A DNA stretch of 64,000 nucleotides from Mytilus trossulus (lineage: Eukaryota). Below the pieces are notes generated by a model. It ran no database searches. It was given only the letters and a program-made list of their open reading frames with translations, and had not been told where the DNA came from. This document shows positions 52,708 to 64,000 of the stretch, in pieces. Numbering within the stretch: position 1 is the stretch's first letter; every line of letters starts with the position of its first letter. A program made the translations under genes and the position numbers. The DNA is taken from the NCBI RefSeq assembly GCF_036588685.1, contig NC_086381.1, positions 61,752,001 through 61,816,000 of the forward strand. The letters run 5' to 3'.

Positions 52708-53699
52708 TATGTAAACCATTGCATGACAGCAGCAGTATCACAAATGCACATATTTAAGGTATCAATATGAGACGGAAGACAACGTTTGCAGTCTAAATAT
52801 TGGTAGATGGCGTGCACGTGCGGTACAAAGCAGGAAGTACAATAGGAGCCTTTATTATAACTCTGAAATTACAAACGTCCAAGACTTCTAAATTAATGAT
52901 ACTTTTATAGAGAGTTAAATTGGATCGGTCAACAAATAGAACGACTGGAAAACAACTGCCTGAATGCAACACAGAATCTGTGATACCGCATGATAAATAT
53001 CTTCTACCTATATCCAGTGTAGCAAATACAGGAAAGATCAAGGATAAGGAAATGACGAACAAGCGGACGCCGCTCGTTATTTAAAAAATCTTATGCTGTT
53101 TATTGTGAAATTATCGATCTGAGTTTTCATATCTGTGAAAGATGTAAGGTATTAATAAGTATTAACAGGTGCAGTTCGTATGTTTATACTGCATTTTTTA
53201 TGCACAATTTATAAGAAGAAAACAAAAACAAAAATAGAGCAAAAAAAACTAAAGTATGGGAGAATATAACCGATTACTAAATTACAGACAATTTGTATTG
53301 GATAGTCGTAAAAATTATGTAAGTATAAGATGTGCATAAATAGCTGAACCCTGCCATCATTTATGAAAGTGGTATGCAAGCAGAACACTAGAACATAGTT
53401 TAACTTATTGTATCAAGTATGTGTAACAGTCACGAAAACCAATGGTTTCAATAAATACGAAAGGCAAACAAGATGTTTTAAATACAGTCTTGAAAAATAT
53501 AAGATGGTATTGATATTTCGTTTCCCAAATGTGGACTGTATGGTGTTTTTTTAAAACATTTTAGCAAACTTTACAGTTAATGGTTCTCTGATAAATATCG
53601 TAAAGTCTTTGATGTTGTTCATTTAATGTTATCGTGTCAGCTCTTCGGGTGTTTAACACTTCTGCAATTTGTTTTTATCGTTATCATTGGGTCATTGTC

Positions 53700-54600
53700 C
53701 TTTCTTGAGGACTGTTTATCTCAAAAGCCATTGTAGACTAGTAGCCTTACAAGTTTTAGAAAAAGTCTAACGCTACAATGAGTGAAGTTACTATCACAAT
53801 AAACACGCATCGCTTTTATTAAACCATGAATCATTAACTTCATTTCAAGCTATTTCTATTCCCATTTAAACTTTCTTATCTCATCAACTATAAACATTCA
53901 TTTAAGCTTTTGAATCTGATTATTTTTATCCCAAGCCGAACAAGGCCAATACCATTATTGATAGGAACATCTAGAGAATTAAAATGTGTGACAGTTTAAA
54001 GATAAGACATCAAATGTACATTATTGCTCCTTGAGCACATTCAAATGTTCAGACTTTATGTTGATAAATTACCCAGCCAATTGCACCTTATATGACAGTT
54101 GTTTTAACTTGCCTTTTATAGAAACATCTCCAGAAGCTGCTTCTTTACACAAACAAAGGAAGATTAAATGTATCGCTAGATCCATGTTATATTTGAACAA
54201 TCATTAGACCATCGATCTTACTTGACTACAGATAAGAAGATAACAGAACTTTTAATGCCATGATCATGCTTATCTAATTATAATACACAAGTAGATATTA
54301 CCAAAGCGACCGTACTGACCTCACTATAGAATACAATATCAGGAACAACCATAGATAGACATGATTCTTATCAATGTAGACATCTGGTAATGAAAGATGA
54401 ACACTATGTAAAGTTCAAATACTTGTTTTTAAAACCATTGTATATGGCATCCACTGAGTTTTAAAAGTGAACATCGTTTGCACGAAGTAAACTACTTACT
54501 ACCCAACACAAAGTACTGAAAGACTTATCAAATGTTGACACCAGTTCTATCATAGAGTTTAGTTCTGTTCAAAGTTATGTATTGTTTCTGTATACGTTAT
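53700..54600 (+). mobile_element. Highly decayed non-LTR retrotransposon remnant (tentative)
   Basis: Scattered motifs (TIEY, FKTIVY, HRLHE..LLP-like) resembling CR1/L2-group ORF2 C-termini. Many stops. Confidence 0.3.
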
Positions 54601-57600
54601 TATTTTATTTTTTATGTGATTTTCTTGCTTACAAGTTCGTTTCTATTGTAATGGGTTGTGAGCTGTAACTGTTGTTGACTTGTTGATTATTTGTATTTTT
54701 AAATAACGTTAACATTTCTGTATTTTCTTTTTACATTTATCAGGTGCATCCGAAGCATAAAAATGTTATTCAGTATATATGCATACTGTAGAAAATATCT
54801 TTTTAAATACATTTTTTTGCATATTACACGTACTAGTAATTGGAGTTCTGTCATTTATAATTTGAAAAATATTGTATAATGAGCTGCTATGAAAAATAGG
54901 AATTCAAATTTCAGAACCCATGATTCATTTTTATATTTGCTTTGCTTTGCTCACACATTGTTGCAATCTAATGGAATTCTATTCGTCTGTCATACAAGTA
55001 ATAGCTTTAACAAACTTATATGTTTTCTGCTCTATAGTCGGATTGTTGTCGCTATGACACATTTCCCATTTCCTTTCTTAATTTTATTATAAACCAGAAT
55101 TAATCCACCATTTTCTACATAAAGAAATGCCTGTACAAATTCATTGATATGACAGTTTGTTTCCATGTTATGTTTGTTTGAGGTTATCATTGTGTAATTT
55201 TATAAAAAAACAACTTTCCGTTGTGGATTTCCATAGGAGTGAGTTTTTTGTTGTTGGTTATTTTACTTTTACAAATCGAAAATTGACGTACAGTTAAACC
55301 AGGTACTTATATCAATGTAGAACCCCATAATTTTTTAATGTATATTTTGAGATTCTATGTGTCTAATAAATAATATACAAAATATATATAAAATAATATA
55401 AAATCTGTTTAACTGTTTCTCAGATTAGAAGAACCTGTATTCGGCTAATTTCGTCGGTCTTATATTTTTACATGAATTGTCTGGTCTGTAAAAATTATGA
55501 TTGTGTCTGATTCCGGCTTGTAACCTTTTGACTCTATGTGATCATGAAATTGTATGGCGTGTGACACAAAACTTAATTTTTCGTCATTTTTCAATAGTGT
55601 ACCAAAAGTTAGGATATGGTTTTGAATTTTTATTGCATCCTTTGAATACGGTATGTCTTTAATCGAATTTTGAATTTACATATCAAATCTGTTCACCCTT
55701 TTCAACATTCAAACAATATATAAATGAATCTCGACTTCAATTTGTAAATATCTTTGAAAATGTGAAAAAAAATATCAATAATACATGATTTACTTAAAAA
55801 AACCATCTTTGATGATTTGATTATATATTTGAATATCAAAAAACTTTTGAAATGTGTTTTATATTAATGTGATTATAATTTTCAAATGCAACTGTCAGTA
55901 GCATTTCATTAAAGTTATTTGTTTATTTGTATTTCAGTTAAAATTGTAAATAAATTCCATAGAAATACGAATGCATTTAAGTGAATATGTAAACTAATTT
56001 CAAGTTTGAGCTACGACGTCTTTTTGAAAAAAGCATTTGTTAATTTCCCAGGAGTACTGTTTCCTGGGTTAGTTTATTTTCATTCAAGAAGCCATGCGAT
56101 GTAATCTTTTCTCAAAAATTGATTTCAAATTGCACAGAAATAAAAACTTTCAACGACGTTTATGCAACGATGATTTAACTTCTAAGAGAAGTATGTTTTT
56201 TCTTGAAGTTAAATTGTTGTTTCCTTACAAGATTTTTCTTACAATTTGCAACAGTCGCTGTATTGTTTGATGCAGCAAATTTAAAAATCGCTGTTGCAAA
56301 ACCGAAATAGAAAATGTGTATATACGAAGCGCTAACAGAACCTTGATACGGTATTTATTAGATTATTAGATTAAGAGTCTTAGTTTGTGAAGGAATACAC
56401 CATCGTTCATCGGCTTTTATTTTCTTAACTCTCTTTTTTTCTTAAATTGTATTTGCTTTTTGATAATGCAATTTGAAAACCAAATTAAAACATTGCATTT
56501 CGAATTTTAAAACATTTCAAACGATGTTTTATTGATCTAGAATTCTGCAATGTCAAAGGCCTTTTTAAGATACAAAAATATATCATAATTTAAAAAAAAG
56601 AAATAACAAATAGTAATCTTCATAAAAAATGTATCTCTGATTTTCTGCAATACTGACAGTACTGTAGTCCTTTAAGACAAACTTAAATGTATATTTCGCG
56701 TTATTTTCCTCTTCGTTTCGCCATCTTTCAAATGCAGTAAAACTGCACTTCATCTGTTTAAATTAAATATTATATATCAGACCACCAATAAATAGTCCGT
56801 TTCTGTTCAACCAAATTTGGCAATTTTTACAGCTTTCTAAAAATGTCACCTTAGGTTTAATTTTAAAGAAACCAGATATCTGAATTGTACATGTATCAGC
56901 TTTCAACATGCCGATTTTCAAAGTACATTTAAAATCATATACACATTGTCATTTTAATTTCATTACGTTTTTAGTATTGATTGATCAGTTGTTCCGTTGT
57001 ATACATGTATATACATGACACATGCGAAAGATGATATGATGTACCTATATTTTTCGAAAAATGTTATTATGTATGAAAAAGAAGATGTGGCATGATTGCC
57101 AATGAGACAACTACCCACAAAAGACCAAAATGACACAGACGTTAACAACTATAGGTCACCCTACATGCAAACAAGAAGGATCATCTAGTATTATAGCCGT
57201 ATAATTATATACGTCAGACGTGCTTTTTGTTTATTACAAACGATTCATTGAGGCTTCAATAATTAGGACAAAGACCTTTGTTAATGCATTCCCGTGGTGT
57301 TTTCTATATAAGTTTTGTTTATTTCTCAAGTCAACCATTATCAACAGAGTTTCACATAACGAAAATTTTGTTTTTCACAGTTTGTATATGAATGTTATGG
57401 GGAAGAACTAGACAATAAATAGCTAATGTATGTCAGTAATCAGTACTTAAAATATACCATTTTCAATATTTCGAGAAAAACATATTTAAGAAACTGAGGT
57501 TCACTCTCCTACAGGAAAAGTTGAAAAAAGCTATGCATATGAAATATTTGTTTTGTCCCATTTTAGACATGAAATACAACGTTTTATTTCTTAAATTCAC

Positions 57601-57886
57601 ATTTTTATGTTTAATAGTTCCGTCGAACATCAATTAGAAAAGCGCCTTGTATGATTACATTTTATAAAGTGTGCTTCACCTTACTTAAGGTATACAACTA
57701 CTTATTCATAACCCTATTGTTTTGTATGTTATTCCCTTCAGAATTTTAATAAATAACCTGTCTTAAGTTCAAATAAAGTGGCAGGTATTTAATGTCAAAA
57801 CAATATCCTCTTCCGACTTGTGCTGAAAAATTCTACATACTTTTAATTCTATATAGTTATCAAAGATACTAGAATTTATTATTCAA

Positions 57887-57933
57887 TACGCCAGACGCGC
57901 GTTTCGTATACATGAGACTCGTCAATGATGCTC
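57887..57933 (-). ncRNA. Degenerate minimal type I hammerhead motif in a retrozyme-like repeat (repeat extends to ~58052)
   Basis: Minus strand gcatca-TTGACGA-gtctcatgtatac-GAAACGCGCGTC-tggcg. Palindromic stem III intact, C3 of the core mutated. Confidence 0.6.
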
Positions 57934-60900
57934 ATATAAAAAAAGTTATTAAGCCAAGCATGTACAAAGTTGAATAGCATTGAGAACCAAAAATTGCAAA
58001 AAAGTTGTGACAAATACGGCTAAGGTAATCTATTCCTGGAATAAGAAAATCCTATAGGAGAGCTTTCTGATTCCAGGAAGTGTAAAAGTGCAAAACAGAT
58101 AATTATGATCTGAACAATATGACAAGTCGGCTGGCCTATTGAATTCAAATGCTTTTTTATTATCGAAAGAAACTTTTTAGAAGGGTTGTACGGTAATTAT
58201 AAGTCTTCACGCTTTCATTTGATACCCAATCTATCTCTATTGACAGAGATTAAGCTATGGATAGACACTATTATGGTTAAAATATGTACTACTTTCTTGA
58301 ATTTTTTTTCCCGACCGGGTCTGAACTAGTGGTTCAATACTTTAAACTTGAAATCTCGATACATTTGTAATCCGACATCGACAGGGTGAGCATCTTCTGT
58401 TGTTTATGCCGCTTCCTCCATGTAAATTCATTTTCTGAAAAAAATGACACAATCGGTTAATTTACAGATCAGAGCACAAAGTATATTTTATATTAAGAAC
58501 ATACACTTTTACTTCTTTTTAAAGTGTAATCATGGTATATGTATTGTATAACGATAAGTCATTGATATATTTAAGGTATGACACCATAAAATCTGACAGA
58601 GCAGTTAACATCCTTTGACAAAAACAAGCAATACTCTAGGGAAATTAAAGATGTAATTTGAAAATTAATTTTGTACATTGAACTTGTTGGTTTAATCAAG
58701 CATACAGTTTGATGAGTAACTCACATGCGCAACATTTAAAAGATCCTTAATTGGTATAAACAAGTTCAATGTCTTCTAAAACATTCACTCCTATTAAAAT
58801 ATCTTTTGGAAGAGTATTCATTGCTGTGGGCAGACACTTTCAATTGTTAATTGGACTTTGCAATGTTGCATGATAAAGCTTCGAGGTTACCGGAAATAAA
58901 GTTTCATTTTCTGACATAGGACACGCATTTCTTTTAAGCTGAATTTTAGTGAAAGTATTGTCGTGTGTTTGTGTATTCTATTTAAAATGAGCCGATAGTA
59001 AAGAGGAGTGTTAAGTTCACATAGAACATGTTTAATAAAAAAAAAAAAGTGGTGCCCCTGTTCCGAGTCATAAGCTCTGCTCTTCATAAAAATATATCTT
59101 CAAATTTCAGTTAATTAATTCTAAATGTACTGGAATTAAGTGTAACTTCCATTTTCAATTTATAAGTGCAGATGTTCGTTGAGGGGTCAGCCGCATTCCG
59201 CTTCCCGGTACGGAACTGTATCGCCATGGTGGGGCCTCATTGGTAGCATTGGGCTAATTTTCTGATCTTTGGTCGTGTTGTTTTATTGACAAATTTCACA
59301 TTTTTTTTTTCATTTTTTATTCTGCAGGGATTATAAACAAAAGTTTGACACAGCAATATTTTCCAAAAATGTTTTATCCGATGCATAATTTTAGATTTCA
59401 GGCAAAATAATTTCGAATTTAGTAGGTCAGTGCAATATCAAATGTAACAGCTGGCCTGTATATGATGTTAAACTATTAAATAAAATAATATGTTTAAACT
59501 TGAAATTATATAATCCTAGCCAGAAATTAGTAGTGATTTTGCTGATTGATATTCATAATTTGTAAATGATAATTATACCACGTGATACATGTAATAGTAT
59601 AAACTGGACTGGCTTGATATCGCTAAAATCTTTAAAAAGCGGATATCATTAGTTTCCCGTTACAGAGTCCTTATTTACAATCACTTTGAAATTTCTGTAA
59701 AGTTGTCAGGCAAAATATAAACAATGAACGCGAATTTAGTGAATTTTTCATGTTTTCGTGTGTTTATTTTTCTTGAAATAGGGGCATTTTAACTTTACGT
59801 GGGTTCCTAGAGTTCAACGACTACACACACAAGGTTTGGACTTGCTTATTCTTTGGACATTCAAGTTTCAAATTTCACCCCGGCAATCTATTTTCTAATG
59901 ACCTTGTAAGCCAATTTTCAACACGAAGTTTGCAATTATGACGTTTCAACCATTTCAGCCTGTATTTTACCATAAAAGGCTAAAAGCCTCTCGAACCTTG
60001 ATTTTTGCAACAACAGTCATTATGTTTCGTTTAAATGGTGTTTATTATTGTGTATACTTATTTGCTGCCCCGAAACCTGTTTATCACTTAAATAAAAATT
60101 AAAACAGACACGTTTTTTTAAAATTCCCTATCATTTTAATATAATTTCCGTGACCCGTATGCAAATTCTTTAGTATTATATTCAAATAAGCAAAGTGGCG
60201 TTGATTTCTGGATATTTTCTTTTATCATACTCTTAATGTAAAACAGTAGTTTGAAATATCACTATCAGTATCTTTATCTCCACCTTTGTTTTGAACCATG
60301 GAGGTTTCTTTTTTACAATTACCGTACCCGAAAACATTTTATGACAACCATATGTCGGAACCATTTGTTAATTACCGTACTAGCTTTGTTTTTTTTTATT
60401 AACCATTTAAAGTTATTACTTTCTTGTGGATTATTGTAAGACAAAAGAACCATTGTTAAAGAGTTTGTCTAAAGAGTAAAATCCTTTAAATATCTACAAA
60501 GATAAATTTTCAAGGACAAACTATATAACTTTTATCTTTTCGTTAATTTTGAAACGACAATTTGAAATATCTTGCTTGTAATTTATAAAATTATTGCCCT
60601 ATTAATAAAAATGATTCAAATACCTCATTTAAGACAGTCTAACGTAGGAACTTTCGTCAAGTTGGTATTCCACTCCGATATATCATTATGTTGTTAAGTA
60701 TTCTACCATTTGTCTTTTTTTCAAAATCACAAACAATTATTTTGTTTGATTATTCGACATATATTTGTAGTTTTTGTATTACTATATAAAGTTTTCAATT
60801 ATCTTTTTTTTTTTAAAAGCATGAAGAGGCCGAAAATAGTCTTTAAAAGATTACTATACAATGTATTATACACATAATGTCAAACATATTTGAATTTAAC

Positions 60901-62104
60901 CAAAATTTCAGCTTTGAAACAACAGTAGACTTTTTTTGAAAAGCAATTGGTGTTGCGCAACGACTGAACTACTAAATTGCCAAATAATCCGCGTTTATGT
61001 TTTAATGAAATAAAAAATGTACATTTCTTCTTTATCAACTATATTTTTTTATTATTTTCTTTGATATATTTTCAAAGACTAAATTAGGTTTTTCCTCTGT
61101 AATAGTTGTCTTCTATTTATAGATCTTTTATTATATTACATCTCATTCTCTTTGATGGCTTGAATAACTGGCATGCTTTATAACCTTACCTGTACATAAA
61201 CAGAATGACTGATTTTATGTTAGCAATTATGGACTGACAAATAGAAACACATACGTTATATAAGGATACAGATGTGTACAAATGTGGTCCTAAAACAGCT
61301 TTATTTATATAATCATTCCAATTTGTTGATCGAAACAACTGTTACGGTTATACGGATAAATAAGAATCTGCATTAGTGGTGACGTCAGTATGATAACAAT
61401 AATAATACTTTTTGGCAAATACAGAAAAAAAACGTATTGGCCAATTGGGTATTCCATTACATAGATATAGGAAGATGTGGTATGAGTGCCGGTGAGACAA
61501 CTCTCCATCCAAATAAAAATTTAATAAATTTGTTTTAAGGAAATCCATGCTAGCACTGTATGCAATAATCCTTATCTATCGGTCATCACATTGCAAAATA
61601 TGATACAACAAAGATAAAGGCTCTGGATTTTCTATAAAATTTCCATATGTTTAGCATTGAAGCAACACAAGGGTACATAATCCTTAACATAGTTTCAAAC
61701 TGTTTTGGTCGATTCAGACTACATGTCTGATCAAATCAAAACGTAGAAGCATGTTAGGAGGGGTGATATCAATGAATGATTTATCCTACCCTGATGTAAT
61801 AGAGTTTGACGAAACGTCATGATCTTGACGGGTGTTATTTCGTATTTCCCCTTAGAGCAACCAACATATGTAAATACTTTCTAGTATAGGGTGGGCACAC
61901 TTGACCATGCTTGCCAAATACTATACCGTCTTTTATTCCAACTACAACGTAGTTGTCATAATGATGCTTGTTGCATTGTGTATCTTATATCATGTGTTTT
62001 ACTGTAACAAACTAAGGTCTAGAAAGGCAAAGTTTAGTCTGTGCACGTGCAAAAACTATGTTTTGCCTAAATTGAGAAAGGCTATCATGTGTTTAACTGC
62101 TGTT

Positions 62105-62480
62105 TAAATGGGATTTCTTTGTAAGTAGTGCAATTTAGGTAAATGATTTGGTTGATGTACTGTACACAACTTATGGTGATTTGGGTAACCTTCCATATAT
62201 TATCTACAAAGTGTTTCTGTTAATTGGTATGTATTGAAGGGTATAATACTACTCAGTAGTTTAAATTGAGTAAACGGAAAAGCTATCACCGTACGTGTTT
62301 TCATGCTGGATTTTTTAATATGCGTTTCTTTGTAATGAGTGGGATTTGTTAAATGATTTGACGGATCTATGGGGTGAATTAGTTAACCTCTTTAACTTTC
62401 TACATAGTGTTTCGTAAATTGGTAAGTTGAAAGGTACAATAGTCATGATAGTATACTAATAGTAAAATTTGAGTACTGGT
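62105..62480. repeat. Diverged ~210-bp tandem duplication
   Basis: tttctttgtaa...taaatgatttg...taacct...agtgtttc...aattggta...tttgagta recurs at ~62113 and ~62325. Confidence 0.6.
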
Positions 62481-64000
62481 ATTCGTAATTATTTTTTTAA
62501 TATGTAAGTCATCCATAGATTTGTATGCATCTGCATCTTAACTATTTAGTATACTAAGTGGAACATCCAACACACCAATTGAATTCTTTTTTAAACAACA
62601 AACCTTCCTTGGAGATTGGAGTATTCGATCACATATATTGCATAAAACTAATACTTAAAGTAAACATAGACTTTTAAATTGACAATGTTTACACGCAAAC
62701 AATACAATGAGCGTCGTCTGTTAAAACATGCTGCATGTTTAGTTAATACTCTCTTTTTTATTATATTAGTTTTTCGTGTAAGAGGGTTCTTCTGTTAAAC
62801 AGATGGAATAGAACATTGGTTTTTTTATAAAGTCTCAAGGATCAAAGTACAGAATTGATGCAGGAAGTGACTGCGTATGATAATATGTTGTGTAAAAATG
62901 GTTGTAAGTTTCGTCAGTAAAATTGGAGATAATTTGTTCACCAAATCAATGTATAATGAACGATGCCATTACTTGGAGAATATTTTGTTGAAATTTAGGG
63001 TTGTCGTAATTCCATCTGTTGATGAAATAAAATAAAGAAAAATTAAGAGACACGGAAAATAATATGTGTTGCATTTTCTATTTCATGAGTAGCACATATA
63101 GCTATAAACAGTATGTTAATTTAAAAAAAAAGAAAAAAATAAGTCAATATTCACATTTCGTCTTAATTGTGAATTTTAACTGAACAAGGGGTAAATTGAA
63201 GAAGATTACCTTAGCTGAGCTGCTAATGAAAATTGATGGTTTTATAAATTGAGAGAAGAACATAGCATAGCAGATAACTGTTATATTTGTAGGTTTGGAA
63301 ATAAGTATCACAATAAAAGCAAATAAAGGTTGTTAATATATATAACTAGCACAGTTAGAATCACGTGACTTGTGAAGGGTGCGGACCTTGATAACAGCAA
63401 GTGATCCAATTTTTGATACTTACAACATTGAAAGTGCAGGAATCCATGAATCATCTGCGTCAGTCTGTTGAAAATCACCGTTGCACATGGTGTTTAGGCT
63501 AATTGAATGTGACCAGCTTGCAGGTGCTCTCAAAATGTCCGAAACCAATAGCAATTATATACTATTGAGTTGCCACATGTTCTCATTGGAAAAATACCGA
63601 AGCCTTCTAACACAGGAATAAGAAAAAACAGAGAAGTTTAATCTAAAGTATCGTGATAATATGTATGTTTTGAATGTATATAAACTCTGACCTGTTCAGA
63701 TATCATAAACATTTTTTTTAATTTGCCATACAAACAGTTATCGTTAAATTCCTCGACAAAGTTTATGAAACAATTGGTTTATTTACCAAAGAAATCATTT
63801 TTTTTCAAACAAAAAGAAATACTTTCGCAGTATAATCATGATAATGATTTCGTGTGGTCAAACTCGTACTATTTCATAGATGGTCCTTCATAGTTTGAGT
63901 GATCAAATGTAAAACGTATCAGTGCTGTTTCAAACACGTACCAAAGACTTCCAAAACAACTGTAAGAGTGTTCTTCATACCTCATAAGGTCTTTCATTGA

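Noticed and set aside
52793-53062. 89-aa hydrophobic ORF as first exon of the HtrL-like gene
   Set aside because: Starts at TTG, and I found no convincing phase-1 donor or family similarity. Not excluded, but unsupported.

Overview
AT-rich, repeat-dense eukaryotic DNA. The repeat families and gene content point to a bivalve mollusc, most likely a Mytilus-type mussel (inference). Two protein-coding genes are well supported, both on the minus strand. (1) A four-exon secreted Cys-rich protein of the invertebrate 'short-chain collagen C4-like' family (CDS 19817-16650, 236 aa); its first intron appears to be GC-AG. (2) An HtrL/YibB-family putative glycosyltransferase whose whole catalytic domain is one 800-nt exon (51780-50981), with what looks like a decayed signal-anchor region upstream. 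Positions 1-~9200 are a diverged duplicate of 20231-~26530, the upstream region of gene 1, implying a tandem paralog just left of the window. Comparing the two copies gives filled and empty sites for several mobile elements: a Harbinger-type MITE, a TG..CA solo-LTR-like insert, a hairpin element, and a tRNA-headed partial-tandem element with a hammerhead-like junction, which is the most unusual object here. The rest comprises Helentron-type HINEs, other MITEs, a TTAA-flanked Kolobok-like element carrying a dead OTU/vertnin-like gene and a ~190-bp satellite, LINE and Penelope remnants, about six degenerate minimal hammerhead motifs, and a 131-nt assembly gap.
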